This document shows, piece by piece, positions 19,233 to 29,870 of a DNA stretch of 64,000 nt (the stretch's first letter is position 1; each line of letters opens with the position of its first letter). The stretch covers positions 1 to 64,000 of the forward strand of contig CAWAPJ010000028.1 in the NCBI GenBank assembly GCA_963783885.1, read 5' to 3'. The notes beneath the pieces were generated by a model. The model was not told where the DNA came from. It searched no databases and saw nothing but the letters and a program-made list of their open reading frames with translations. Origin of the DNA: Waddliaceae bacterium (lineage in GTDB: Bacteria; Chlamydiota; Chlamydiia; Chlamydiales; SLFE01). A program made the translations under genes and the position numbers.

Positions 19233-21059
19233 TCATTCCTCTAAAAAAAAATCTTTGATTACCGCGGCATCTTTTTTGGTAATTTTGGGAACTTCCTCAA
19301 GATCCTTCAGGGATGCCTCTTTGACTCTTTGCAGGCTTCCAAGGTGTTTAAGAAGCAATTTCCTTTTAACCTCTCCGATTCCGGGAATTTTTTCCAATAT
19401 GCTCGACAGCCTTTCTTTGCTTCGCTTTTTTCGGTGAAATGCGATAGCAAAGCGATGGGCTTCGTCGCGAATTTGCTGCAACAGAAATAGAACCGATGAA
19501 GTCCTTGGCAAGGTGATCGAATCTTTTAAATTCGGCAAAAATATTTTTTCCCCTGTCTGCCCTTTATCGTGCCTTCCCTTTTCTTTCACTAAAGCGATAA
19601 TATCCAGTGATATAATATTCAAATCTTTAAATACGCGCAAGGCTACATTTAGCTGCCCCTTTCCCCCGTCGACGATCAATAAATCCGGAAGGTCGTTCCC
19701 TTCTTTCAATTTTGAATAGCGGCGCATCAGCACTTCATACATAGCGCCATAATCATCTCCGGGTTTTGCCGCTTTAATTTTGTATTTGCGGTAACTCTGT
19801 TTATCCTGCCTCCCCTCGTTATAAACAATAACAGCCGAGACCGGATTTGAAGCCGAAAGGCTGGAATTATCGATACATTCGATTCTTCGAGGATAATGAT
19901 TCAATCGCAGCTTTTCTTTCATCTCAAGAAGCGTCCTCTCAATAAGAGCGTCCTGATCTTTCTCCTGTGTGAACGCAGCTTTAGCATTCTTTGCTGCGAT
20001 TGCGACAAGGGATTTTTTATGCCCTTTTTCGGGATGGTGAAGAGAAACCTTCCTTTCTCTTCCTGTAGTCAATATTTCGGCTAGCTCCTGAGTGTTCGAT
20101 ACTTTTATCGGAAGAAGTATTTCGTGCGGCAGCTGAGGCTCGGTCCCGTAGTGCTGTAAGAGAAAACTCGTTAAAAGTTCTTCATCGTTTTCTGCAATGC
20201 CCGAAAAGTTAAACTGCCTGATACCTGTGACTTTTCCGCTTCTGATGATCAATTTCACTAAAAGCACCTCGCTCCCCCGGCGGTAAATCCCCAGCGCGTC
20301 GGTATCGATACTGACAGGCTTGTCGACAAATTGCTTTTCCAGGGTCTTTTCGATGCTTTTAATTTTTTTTTGGACTTCAGCGGCTTTTTCAAACTCCAAT
20401 TCATCCGAATATCGCTGCATCTCTTTTTCAAGCTGCTTGATTACATCTTTGCTCTGCCCTCTTAAAAATTCGAGAAGCCTTTTCAGCTGCTCGTCATACT
20501 CTTTCCGAGTGCATTTTCCTACGCAAGGAGCGATGCACCGCTTCATATCATAGAGTATGCATGGCCTCGTTCTTCTTTTCAGTTCCTGATTCGAGCATTG
20601 CCTTAAGGGAAAAACCCTTTGGATCAGGTCGAGCGTCTCTCTGGCCGCGTAGGCGCTGGTATAAGGTCCAAAATAAAGACCGTCGTCTTTCGGCTTACCT
20701 CGATAACGGACAAGAGACACCATGGGCCATTCATGCTTGGTGTTGACTTTGAGCGCAATATAGGTCTTGTCATCCTTGAGAAAAGCGTTGTATTTGGGTC
20801 TGTATTTTTTTATCAGGTTGTTCTCGAGGAGAAGGGCTTCTTTTTCGGAGGAAACAATAATGGTTTCGATCGCCTCCACCTTGGCAACCAAATAAGGAAT
20901 CATTGCCCTTGTATCGCCGCTGGAATAAAAGTACTGCTTGACCCTGCTTTGCAAGTTTTTGGCTTTGCCGACATAGAGGACATGCCCCTTGCGGTCCCGC
21001 ATAATGTAAACGCCGGGTTTGGAAGGAAAATCTTTAATTTTACTAATTTCAAAAGGCAT
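19233..21059 (-). CDS. uvrC: Excinuclease ABC subunit C
   Basis: GIY-YIG (PGVYIM..YVGKAKNL), PDLLIVDGGKGQL, IRDEAHRFA, HhH tail. Confidence 0.95.
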   Translation of the reverse strand: MPFEISKIKDFPSKPGVYIMRDRKGHVLYVGKAKNLQSRVKQYFYSSGDTRAMIPYLVAKVEAIETIIVSSEKEALLLENNLIKKYRPKYNAFLKDDKTYIALKVNTKHEWPMVSLVRYRGKPKDDGLYFGPYTSAYAARETLDLIQRVFPLRQCSNQELKRRTRPCILYDMKRCIAPCVGKCTRKEYDEQLKRLLEFLRGQSKDVIKQLEKEMQRYSDELEFEKAAEVQKKIKSIEKTLEKQFVDKPVSIDTDALGIYRRGSEVLLVKLIIRSGKVTGIRQFNFSGIAENDEELLTSFLLQHYGTEPQLPHEILLPIKVSNTQELAEILTTGRERKVSLHHPEKGHKKSLVAIAAKNAKAAFTQEKDQDALIERTLLEMKEKLRLNHYPRRIECIDNSSLSASNPVSAVIVYNEGRQDKQSYRKYKIKAAKPGDDYGAMYEVLMRRYSKLKEGNDLPDLLIVDGGKGQLNVALRVFKDLNIISLDIIALVKEKGRHDKGQTGEKIFLPNLKDSITLPRTSSVLFLLQQIRDEAHRFAIAFHRKKRSKERLSSILEKIPGIGEVKRKLLLKHLGSLQRVKEASLKDLEEVPKITKKDAAVIKDFFLEE

Positions 21060-21161
21060 ATTTACTTATGAAGTATAATTACTGGTACAATAATTAACAA
21101 TTAGGTAACATGAGTTTTTCTTTCCCGGTCCTGCCGGGAAAAAAAAGGTGGTCTACGAAAC

Positions 21162-21311
21162 GTAAGCGTTCGGTGAGATACGCCTCCGGAGAACGCAGCT
21201 AAGGGCAAAAGTCTGTAAGGCGCTTAGATAAAATAAAACCCCTTCAGAGGGTTTCCGAAGCAGACCAAAGCCCCCGCAAGTTATCCAGGGGGTCGATTGC
21301 CGAATGCTTAC
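21162..21311 (+). mobile_element. Palindromic MITE-like element, copy A
   Basis: Ends GTAAGCGTTCGG...CCGAATGCTTAC; flanked by 8-bp direct repeat TACGAAAC (21154-21161, 21312-21319); homologous to 29871-30030. Confidence 0.8.
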
Positions 21312-21337
21312 TACGAAACAAAAATAAGGAGAAGATC

Positions 21338-21928
21338 ATGTCTAAACGAATTTTCAGCCTGGTAGCTTTGTCAACACTGCTGGTGGGCTCGTCGGCTTTC
21401 GCCTGTCATGCAAAAGAGAAAGAAAATGAGGACAATCAATTGCTTTCCTGCAAGCAGACGGATGAAAACGGCTCTTCGCTTGCCTATTTTGAGGAAGAGG
21501 AGTACGACACTGATGATGAATACTTTTATATAGCAGGTGCTGATAGAGAAGAAAAAGAAGATATCCTCGCTTTCTCCGAAAAAGAAGAAGATGATGAATA
21601 TCTTGCCTTAGACGAAAAAGACGAAGATGATGAATATCTTGCCTCAGACGAAAAGGATGAAGATGATGAATATCTTGCCTCAGACGAAAAGGACGAAGAT
21701 GATGAATATCTTGCCTCAGACGAAAAAGAAGAAGGCGATTTCCTCGCTTGCTATCTTGAAGAAGAACAAGAAAAGTTATTCGCTTCCTGCGCCGGTGGCA
21801 AGTGCCCTCGGGAAATGGTCGAAAGGCTTCGCCGGGAAAAACAAGAACAAAGGGCAAAAAGGAAATATCGATACGAATCCGAATACGATGATGACCTAAG
21901 CGACGAACCTCCTAAAGAGGTTTGTTAA
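21338..21928 (+). CDS. Exported highly acidic repeat protein
   Basis: Signal peptide MSKRIFSLVALSTLLVGSSAFA, strong SD AAGGAG, 12-aa acidic repeats. Confidence 0.8.
   Translation: MSKRIFSLVALSTLLVGSSAFACHAKEKENEDNQLLSCKQTDENGSSLAYFEEEEYDTDDEYFYIAGADREEKEDILAFSEKEEDDEYLALDEKDEDDEYLASDEKDEDDEYLASDEKDEDDEYLASDEKEEGDFLACYLEEEQEKLFASCAGGKCPREMVERLRREKQEQRAKRKYRYESEYDDDLSDEPPKEVC
21578..21732 (+). repeat. 36-bp tandem repeat, about 4 copies (DEKDEDDEYLAS)
   Basis: gatgatgaatatcttgcc recurs at 21590, 21626, 21662, 21698. Confidence 0.95.
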
Positions 21929-21951
21929 AGGCTGTCTCGAATAAGAAAACC

Positions 21952-21995
21952 TCGTGCCGGTGCCCGAATACAAACAAATTCGGGCAAGGGCACGA
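21952..21995. terminator. Hairpin downstream of acidic protein gene; IS903-like insertion site
   Basis: TCGTGCC-gg-TGCCCGAAT-acaaacaa-ATTCGGGCA-ag-GGCACGA. Confidence 0.5.
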
Positions 21996-22408
21996 ATGGC
22001 TTTGTTGCACAATTCACCACAGAGAGAATATGAGAGATTTGCTTTAAGCTGCTATTAATTCACTTTCAGGCATTCCCAGCCTTGTCATTATGTTTAGTGC
22101 TTCGCATTTTGCGCTTGATTCAGCCCTTTGAGTTTCCAAGGTTCTGCTTCTTAAATCAGTTAAATCTGAACATTGCTGTTTCAGCAAGCGATCGACGATG
22201 GTATCCTTTCAATTTCTTCCATAACTTTCTCGCATCATCATCTCCACCTAAACCCGAAATTTCTAGCAAACTGATATTACGTATCTCCCAAGAAGGAGAT
22301 ACATTTTCTCGAAAGACAGCATTCTGATTGGGTGGGATAATCGGAATTGAGCCGTGTTTTACATTGGCTGCGTAGCATCGCTTAGTATCATAAGCTCCAT
22401 CTCCATAG

Positions 22409-23036
22409 ACCCTGATTGCTACCTAAACTTGTTGTTAAAGTCTTTCGTTGGATTCAGATGCGTAGACTCGATTTGAAGGCAAGGGTAATCCCTTGCCGAT
22501 AATCGAGGCTTAGCAGATGAATTCAATGAAAGATTTTAACGACAATAATCTCTATGATACTTCCTTAGCCAAAAAAAGGGGGCATCATGGAAACTTACGC
22601 AACAACAGTTATTCAGAGCTATTTTAAGCAATAGCCGGCTAAATCGCCAAATTCATAAAATTCCTTGGATTTGTTGGAACGCCATTTTCCGTTTTTTAGC
22701 TCTATTTTTTAAGCAAATAAATAAAGATCAGGGTTTTGCTATAGACAGCTTTCCAGTTTCATGTTGTCAGAAAAATAGAATCGATAAACGGAAGGTTTTT
22801 CTAGAACGAAGGTATTTAGGTTTCGCAGCTTCTAAAAAGCGTTACTTTTGCGGCATAAAAGTTCATAGGATTGTGACGAGCGAAGGCAAGCCGGTTGAAG
22901 TTCTTTTCAAGCCAGGAGCAGTAAGCGATATAAAGGTGCTCTGGGAAATGAAACTGGACATTCCACCAGATTCTAAACTTTATGCAGATGGTGCGCTCGT
23001 GTAAGCTCTAGCTAAGGTTTAGGTAGCAATCAGGGT
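22409..23036 (+). mobile_element. Internally deleted IS982-family element nested in the IS903-like transposase
   Basis: TIRs ACCCTGATTGCTACCTAAAC / GTTTAGGTAGCAATCAGGGT; 5-bp TSD CATAG (22404-22408, 23037-23041); removing it restores KHTYGDGAYD. Confidence 0.9.
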
Positions 23037-23356
23037 CATAGGTGTGCTTAACAGATTTCGGCATTGCTTCGAGAAGCTTTGGGTATACTTCACAATCAGC
23101 AATTTTATTTTCAGTAAGAATCTCGAAAATGATTTCACTAGAGTCAGGACAAACTGCTAAGTGGAGTTTTCTCCATGTTCGCCTTTTACTATAACCATGC
23201 TGCCTAACCTTCCACTCACCTTCTCCATATACTTTCAAACCGGTTGAATCGATTACAATATCGGTTACATTTTTTTCAGAAAGTTTTTTCAATTCTTGTC
23301 CAAGCAATCTTGCTCTTCGACAAATTTGGGTATAAGAAGGAATGGGTAAACCCACA

Positions 23357-23498
23357 GATAAAATCTGTGGCTAATCTCTTGCCTGTGCATGAAGCCCAAC
23401 TTCTATCATATCTTAAGCATAATGGTGGTGGCAGGGGTTTGCTTATTAATTTCAATGTAAAACTTCTTAAAAATGGGATTAGGCGACTAATCATTTAA
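23357..23498 (+). pseudogene. C-terminal fragment of a GxxExxY (PD-(D/E)XK) protein
   Basis: IKSVANLLPVHEAQLLSYLK..GLLINFNVKLLKNGIRRLII matches the GxxExxY family C-terminus. Confidence 0.75.
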
Positions 23499-23600
23499 TT
23501 CCTCTTTCATAATCTCTCAGTGAGCTCGGTGATCTCAGTGGTGATTTATGCAACAACACCGGCACGAATTGTTTCTGACCAAATCTTTTCAGAAGCTATT

Positions 23601-24401
23601 TTATGATCGTCCGAGAAAAGCCATTTTTAGATTCCGGAGCCATATCTTAATCATTCTCTTGATATCCTTTTGATAAAACAGCCATCTAAGCGTTGCCATC
23701 AAACCAAAATAATGAAAAATAATCTCAAAACTTTCTTTAAAATGAAGCCAAATATCCTTCCTGTAAATCGGCTTTAAATCAGAGTCGATCAGAACATTTT
23801 TTGTTGAGATATACTGCAATCCCGGCGAGAGGACAAAACGGCAAAAAAGATCGAATTCCCCCCTCAATTTAAAGTGCGTGCGAAATTTTCCGATAATTTT
23901 AAAAAGCTCTTTATGAAACAGGCAGGACTGAATGGTTGTTGGCTGCATCCCCTTTTTCAGAAAAGAAAGCGACAGCTCTCTAAAAAGAATTCTAGGCTCT
24001 GACTTTCCGTCCCGAAGCAGGCAGCCTGAGAACAAAAGATGAGGCGTTTTTTGGTCAATCGACAAATCAATTAGGGATTTTAGGGATTTGTCGCTGATAT
24101 AATAGTCGCCGGGGGCTAAAAAGTTGATAAATTCGCCTGCAGAAAGAGAAATGCCCTTGTTGAGCATCTCAAAAATCTGATAGTCAGTCACTGAGCATAC
24201 ACGTATCCGCGAATCAACATAACTATTGACGATTTCGAGCGTGCGATCCGAAGACGCAGCGTCGATAATAATAACCTCTAGATCGGGATAGGCTTGCTTG
24301 AGAATGTTGTCCAGAGTATATCCGATGTTCTGCGAGTTGTTATAAGTTGGAACCACTATCGTGATCTTAGGGTACAAATACCCCATGAATTCTTCTGCCA
24401 T
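23601..24401 (-). CDS. Glycosyltransferase family 2
   Basis: ITIVVPTYN, EVIIIDAASSDRT, NKGISLSAGEFINFL. Confidence 0.85.
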   Translation of the reverse strand: MAEEFMGYLYPKITIVVPTYNNSQNIGYTLDNILKQAYPDLEVIIIDAASSDRTLEIVNSYVDSRIRVCSVTDYQIFEMLNKGISLSAGEFINFLAPGDYYISDKSLKSLIDLSIDQKTPHLLFSGCLLRDGKSEPRILFRELSLSFLKKGMQPTTIQSCLFHKELFKIIGKFRTHFKLRGEFDLFCRFVLSPGLQYISTKNVLIDSDLKPIYRKDIWLHFKESFEIIFHYFGLMATLRWLFYQKDIKRMIKIWLRNLKMAFLGRS

Positions 24402-24500
24402 TTAACCAACCGCCTCCTTTTAGGATAAATATTCCTATTCTCGACACAGAAGTCAAGTAAGCTTGTAACAAAAGCTCGGGCAAGGTAAAATTTCTTTCAT

Positions 24501-27500
24501 ATGGATACTTTTCAAGAACTCATCAACCAATTGAACAAATTCTGGCAGGATCAAGGATGTATCATCCACCAGGGGTATGACCTGGAGAAAGGGGCCGGAA
24601 CGCTGAACCCGGCAACTTTCCTTCGCTGTCTGGGCCCCGAACCCTACAAAGCCGGCTATGTCGAGCCCTGCCGCCGCCCCACCGACGGCCGCTATGGTGA
24701 AAATCCCAACCGTGTCCAGCACTATTTCCAATACCAGGTGATATTGAAACCTTCGCCGCCGGATATACAAACGGTTTATTTGCAATCTCTTAAAGCAATA
24801 GGACTCAATTTGTCCGATCACGATATCCGGTTTGTCCACGACGATTGGGAGAATCCGACAATCGGCGCAGCCGGCCTCGGATGGGAAGCGTGGATCGACG
24901 GAATGGAAGTCACGCAAATCACCTACTTCCAGGTCTGCGGAGGACTTCCTGTCGATGTGGTCACCGGAGAGCTGACATACGGACTTGAGCGCCTTGCCAT
25001 GTACCTGCAGAATGTCGACAATATCTTCGACCTGCAATGGAATGAAGACACAACTTATGGCGAGATCTATCATCGCAATGAAATCGAATGGAGCCGGTAC
25101 AACTTCGAGATCGGTTCGGTGCCGATGTGGCGCCGCTCCTTTGAAGATTATGAAAAGGAAGCGGCTGTATTGATCGCAAAAAAACTCCCACTGCCCGCTT
25201 ATGACTTTGTCATGAAGGCTTCACACGCCTTTAATATTCTTGACGCGCGGGGAGCCATATCAGTCACTGAGAGGACAGGCTACATTACGCGCATAAGAAA
25301 TTTGGCCCGGGATGTCGCCAAAGCCTATATTGAAAGCCGCGGTGCCATGGGCTACCCGCTTCTTAAAGAAGAATCCGCCCCACCTAATCTTCCCCCGCTT
25401 CCTTCAAAAATCGACAAGCTAACAACGCTCGAAAAATCTGACAAAGAAGACTTTTTGCTCGAGATTGGATCGGAAGAGCTCCCGGCGACATTCGTCCCAA
25501 TTGGACTGGGCAATCTGCAACAATCTATCAAAAAATGGCTGGATAAACAGAACCTCTCGTATAAAAACCTATCGGTTTACGGCACGCCCAGGCGGCTGGC
25601 GATCATCATACACGACCTGGCGACGAAAAAAGCCTCGCAACTCACAGAAAAAAAAGGGCCGAAAGTTTCTCAAGCCTATAATGAATCGGGAAAAATCCTA
25701 CCTCCAGGCCTGGGATTTTTTAAATCACTGAAAATAGAGCCCCCCGTTAAAGAAACGCTTATTCAAGGCGGCGTTGAAGGGGTATCGATCCGCCAGATTA
25801 ATGGAATAGACTATCTGTTTGCCGAAATTCAATCCGAGGAAAAATCGACTGCAGAACTTCTTCAAGCGGAAATTCCGAGTATCATTCTCAATCTGTCATT
25901 TCCTAAAAAAATGCGTTGGGCAAATTTCGATATCACTTATGCCCGCCCTATCTTATGGATGACTGCCCTTTTTGGCAAAACTGTGATCCCATTTCAAATC
26001 GCAAATATCATTTCAGGAAGAACAACTTACGGCCATAGACAGCTCTCACCCGCCCCTATTGAATTGAACCATCCCCAGGAATACCTTTCTAAGCTGAGAG
26101 AGCGGGAAGTTCTTGCCGATATCAAGGAGAGAAAACAAGCCATTTTAGACCAACTGGACCATGTGGAAAAGGAAACCAATGAATCTGTCCTTGAAAAAGA
26201 ACGGGTCTTGAATGAAGTTCTCTATCTTGTCGAAAAACCTTTTGTCTCTCATACAACCTTTGACCCCGCGTTCTTAAAAGCCCCGAAAGAACTTCTCATC
26301 TCCGAGATGGTTCAGCACCAAAAATATTTCCCCTTAGGCAATAAAGACGGCGGCCTAATCAACTCGTTTGTCATAACAGCGAACAATACCCCCAGCGAAA
26401 AAATCAGAGCGGGCAACCAAAAAGTGCTGTCGGCAAGACTCAGCGACGGCGTCTTCCTTTATCATCAGGACCTGAAAATTTCCATGGACGATATGAATGA
26501 CAAATTGCGAAATGTCACCTTCCAGAAAGATTTAGGCACAGTCTGGGATAAAGTCGAAAGGATCCTCGATAATGTGAAATCCGTTCACCGCCGCCTCCCT
26601 ATTTGCGAGCTCAATGATGCCTTAAGGGCCGCGCAGCTTTGCAAGGCCGACCTCGCATCCTCTGTCGTCTTTGAGTTTCCGGAACTTCAGGGTATCATAG
26701 GCCGCAGCTTCGCCCTGGAACAGGGAGAGACACCGGCTGTCGCTGCGGCCATCGAAGAGCATTGGATGCCGCTTGGCGAAAAAGCCCCTCTTCCCGAAAC
26801 AACCACCGGCATAATCGTCGGAATTGCCGACAAGGTGGACAATCTTGTCGGTTGTTTTGCCATCGGCTTGATACCTTCTTCATCAAGCGACCCCTATGCC
26901 CTAAGAAGACAGATTCTCGGAATCATTAAAATACTGATTCGAGGAAAGTATCATCTCCCCTTATCCCAAATTCTTGGAGAATGCTACGACCACATCAAGT
27001 CAAAAAATAAAGGCGATAAGACGCAAACTTTGAGAGACTTGTCAAAATTTATTACCCAACGTGTGAAAACCGTTTTTCAAGATTACGGTTTTAGTTCGGA
27101 TATTATTGAAGCCAGTTTATCCACCGCAGTTGACGATATTTATGACACCTTTTGCCGCGTTAGCGCCTTGCAAAAGTTCAGGAAGGATGAAAGCCGTTTT
27201 CTGCAGCTCTATGAAGTGTACAAACGTGCCAAAGGTCAACTCGAGCAATTCGAACGTATGGACTTTTCAGAATCGCTTCTCAAAGAAGATGCCGAAAAAG
27301 CTCTCTATCAAAAGCTCCAGCAGATTCAGGGAAAATTATCGAAAACGCTGGATATGAAACAATATGACGAAGCCTACAACCTCGTCGCCACGCTGCAGCC
27401 ACCTCTTGCTAAACTTTTTGACGAAGTCCGCATTTTAGCGGACGACGAAGCTCTCAAACAGAACCGGCTGGCTCTTCTGCAGAAAGTATTCGACAGATTC

Positions 27501-27542
27501 GGCCTCCTTCTCGACTTCAGCAAAATCAAAGAGAAAACTTAA
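24501..27542 (+). CDS. glyQS: Glycine--tRNA ligase, fused alpha/beta
   Basis: [25 protein letters not shown] (alpha) then [25 protein letters not shown] (beta). Confidence 0.95.
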   Translation: MDTFQELINQLNKFWQDQGCIIHQGYDLEKGAGTLNPATFLRCLGPEPYKAGYVEPCRRPTDGRYGENPNRVQHYFQYQVILKPSPPDIQTVYLQSLKAIGLNLSDHDIRFVHDDWENPTIGAAGLGWEAWIDGMEVTQITYFQVCGGLPVDVVTGELTYGLERLAMYLQNVDNIFDLQWNEDTTYGEIYHRNEIEWSRYNFEIGSVPMWRRSFEDYEKEAAVLIAKKLPLPAYDFVMKASHAFNILDARGAISVTERTGYITRIRNLARDVAKAYIESRGAMGYPLLKEESAPPNLPPLPSKIDKLTTLEKSDKEDFLLEIGSEELPATFVPIGLGNLQQSIKKWLDKQNLSYKNLSVYGTPRRLAIIIHDLATKKASQLTEKKGPKVSQAYNESGKILPPGLGFFKSLKIEPPVKETLIQGGVEGVSIRQINGIDYLFAEIQSEEKSTAELLQAEIPSIILNLSFPKKMRWANFDITYARPILWMTALFGKTVIPFQIANIISGRTTYGHRQLSPAPIELNHPQEYLSKLREREVLADIKERKQAILDQLDHVEKETNESVLEKERVLNEVLYLVEKPFVSHTTFDPAFLKAPKELLISEMVQHQKYFPLGNKDGGLINSFVITANNTPSEKIRAGNQKVLSARLSDGVFLYHQDLKISMDDMNDKLRNVTFQKDLGTVWDKVERILDNVKSVHRRLPICELNDALRAAQLCKADLASSVVFEFPELQGIIGRSFALEQGETPAVAAAIEEHWMPLGEKAPLPETTTGIIVGIADKVDNLVGCFAIGLIPSSSSDPYALRRQILGIIKILIRGKYHLPLSQILGECYDHIKSKNKGDKTQTLRDLSKFITQRVKTVFQDYGFSSDIIEASLSTAVDDIYDTFCRVSALQKFRKDESRFLQLYEVYKRAKGQLEQFERMDFSESLLKEDAEKALYQKLQQIQGKLSKTLDMKQYDEAYNLVATLQPPLAKLFDEVRILADDEALKQNRLALLQKVFDRFGLLLDFSKIKEKT

Positions 27543-27543
27543 A

Positions 27544-27957
27544 TCAAGGCAAAAACCTGTCGTGGTCGGCTTTGGAGGGAACATCGCAGGCTTTCGGAGC
27601 TAAAATTAGGTGCCTATTTCGGGCGAAGAAGCGATAAACAGGATCAGTGACAAAAGCAGGTAGGATAAAATACTTCAAGCCGATAAGGGTCCACCAACCA
27701 CCCATAAGCCAAGCCGTTCGAAGCGCTGCCTGGCCGTAGATATAAATTTTCTGTTCCGGCCCCCTGTAATTTTCGATAAGGATCATAGTATCGGCCTGCT
27801 TTTGTTCTTCACTCAAGTCTTTCAGCGCAAGTTTGGCAGTCTCCCCTTCTAAAGGAGCAAAGCCGAAAATCTTATTTTTGTCGGCTTTGTAAAGATAGGA
27901 AACTATACGGTCGCATATGCCGCAAGCTCCGTCATAAAACACAAGATGTTTGATCAT
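27544..27957 (-). CDS. DCC1-like thiol-disulfide oxidoreductase (DUF393)
   Basis: VFYDGACGIC and YRFFARNRH. Confidence 0.85.
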   Translation of the reverse strand: MIKHLVFYDGACGICDRIVSYLYKADKNKIFGFAPLEGETAKLALKDLSEEQKQADTMILIENYRGPEQKIYIYGQAALRTAWLMGGWWTLIGLKYFILPAFVTDPVYRFFARNRHLILAPKACDVPSKADHDRFLP

Positions 27958-29729
27958 GTGATGACCTCGGGAGAGTTTTGTTTACATTCATCAAATTGCT
28001 TCAGAAGCTTCATAATCTCATCATCCCCTTCCTGGCAATTTTGAATTTTTTGCCTTAAGAGCTCACGTTTGGCCAGCCAGTTTCGCTCGAGTATTTTTCT
28101 GAGGGTTTCCATAAAATGCTCTTCGGCTTTGTCCTTATTCACCCTTTTTTGGTGAAGGTCCTGAAGGAGCTGCTGAGCCCCGGAGGACATATTCATGGCC
28201 AAAGACATCCAGTCGCAGTGTTTCTCTTTTGCATGGGCTTCGAGAAAAAGGTGGTAAATCTGCCTGCAATGAGAGTGATTCAGTTCATTCGGGACTAGGT
28301 TCTTTTTCGCAATGGCAATGATTTGAGGCAGTTTGCCGCCCATCATAAGGAGCCATCTCAAAAAATCAGATTCCAGAATAAGATCAGGATCAACTTGTTG
28401 GGGATCAAGCCTTCCGGAAGATTTAATATAGACATTCGGGGACACATGCCCCCCGCTCAAAACCATCGATTCGGGGACTTTTGTCAACCTTGCCAGCTTG
28501 CAAAGGCTTTCATGAATCATGACGGAATCGTTCCATGCCCGAATTTGAGAAGCCAAAGTGTTGATCAGCTCATTCTTGCCCGCAGGTGATGAAACATCGA
28601 GTTTTTGAGACATCAGCTCGACAATGAAGGTCAGATAATCGGTGGCCTGGCTCATGAGATTCAAAAAAGCATCAATGCCTTTGGTCCGAACAAAGGTATC
28701 GGGATCAGAATCTGTCGGCAGGGAAAGGACCGCCACCTCCACGCCTCCTTTTTGAAACAAATTCCCTAATTTCATCATAGCCTCAAGTCCGGCCAAATCG
28801 GAATCGAATGCCAGATACACTTTTTGCACTCCAAGCCTGAGCAGCTCGCCTGCCTGTCCTTCCCCAAAAGCCGTTCCCTGCCCGGCCACGGTGCAATCAA
28901 GCCCTTCGTGAATCAGCCTGAGGCAGTCGAGCTGCCCTTCGACAATCACCGCCTTTCTTTCTTTGGCAATCCGTCTCCGGCAATGGTTGAGGCCAAATAA
29001 AATTTGTGATTTTTTAAACACGGGGGTTTCAGGCGAGTTGACGTACTTTCCTCCAAAAGTATCGTCTTGAAACTTTCTCGCTGAAAAACCGATAACGCGC
29101 CCTTGAGGATTATGTATGGGAAACGTGATGCGGGCAGAAAAAAAATCGCGGATTTTGTTATCGGAACCCTCTTTCAAGAGCCCCGCTCCCAAAAGGATCT
29201 CCGTCGAAAATCCCCCCGCTTTCATATAGGGGCCCAGCGATCCGGTTTTGGGAGGAGCAAAACCGAGACGGAACCTCTGAATAAACTCCAGGGTCAATCC
29301 CCTCCTGTAAAGATATTGCAAAGCGTCATGTCCTTCAGAGGTATGAAGCAAAAGCGCATGAAAAAATAAAGACGCTTCCTCTAAAGCTTCATACAAAAGA
29401 TTTTTAGGAGGGCCTTTGACTTCCGTCTCCTCTTCATAGTCGATATGAACCTGATACTTCCCGGCGAGCAACTCGACAGAATCGACAAATCCCAAACTTT
29501 GGTGCTGCATCAAAAATTGTATAGCATCTCCATGAGCCCCGCAGCCGAAACAGTGATAGTGAGAATCGCCCTTTTGAATGACAAACGACGGTGTCTTTTC
29601 ATCATGGAAAGGGCACAGCCCCTTATATGTCGCTCCCGAGCGCTTCATTTCAACGTAAGGTTCGATTACATCGACGAGATCGACCCGCTTCTTGATGTTT
29701 TCCAGACTCTCTTTTGAAATGATCGGCAT
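27954..29729 (-). CDS. dnaG: DNA primase
   Basis: CPFHDEKTPSF..HCFGC zinc finger, KYVNSPETPVF, TOPRIM VEGQLD/FDSDLAG. Confidence 0.95.
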   Translation of the reverse strand: MPIISKESLENIKKRVDLVDVIEPYVEMKRSGATYKGLCPFHDEKTPSFVIQKGDSHYHCFGCGAHGDAIQFLMQHQSLGFVDSVELLAGKYQVHIDYEEETEVKGPPKNLLYEALEEASLFFHALLLHTSEGHDALQYLYRRGLTLEFIQRFRLGFAPPKTGSLGPYMKAGGFSTEILLGAGLLKEGSDNKIRDFFSARITFPIHNPQGRVIGFSARKFQDDTFGGKYVNSPETPVFKKSQILFGLNHCRRRIAKERKAVIVEGQLDCLRLIHEGLDCTVAGQGTAFGEGQAGELLRLGVQKVYLAFDSDLAGLEAMMKLGNLFQKGGVEVAVLSLPTDSDPDTFVRTKGIDAFLNLMSQATDYLTFIVELMSQKLDVSSPAGKNELINTLASQIRAWNDSVMIHESLCKLARLTKVPESMVLSGGHVSPNVYIKSSGRLDPQQVDPDLILESDFLRWLLMMGGKLPQIIAIAKKNLVPNELNHSHCRQIYHLFLEAHAKEKHCDWMSLAMNMSSGAQQLLQDLHQKRVNKDKAEEHFMETLRKILERNWLAKRELLRQKIQNCQEGDDEIMKLLKQFDECKQNSPEVIT

Positions 29730-29870
29730 AGAGATCTATTCTATAGGAAGGCAGGATTTTTCATCGATTGAATATTTATCCATTTCTTATAAATCTGACT
29801 ATTAATAAGTTAACACTTCTTGAACAAAATCATAATTCCATTACAATGAAATTAATTACCAAAAACACCT

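Larger units (their letters stand above)
21998..23560 (-). mobile_element. IS5-family (IS903-like) element, transposase disrupted
   Basis: TIRs GGCTTTGTTGCACAATTC / GATTTATGCAACAACACC; 9-bp TSD GGCACGAAT (21989-21997, 23561-23569); IDSTGLKVYGEGEW..RRTWRKLHL and GDGAYDT motifs. Confidence 0.9.

Noticed and set aside
21115-21146. TTTCCCGG-tcctg-CCGGGAAA hairpin as an intrinsic terminator
   Set aside because: The T-run precedes and the A-run follows the stem on both strands, so no U-tail follows the hairpin; it lies between divergent genes.
21354-21899. Repeat-containing ORFs 21354-21857 (-) and 21627-21899 (+)
   Set aside because: Shadow frames of the 36-bp repeat in the acidic protein gene.
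24501-27542. Fused glyQ-glyS as a novelty
   Set aside because: The fusion is the normal state in Chlamydiae.
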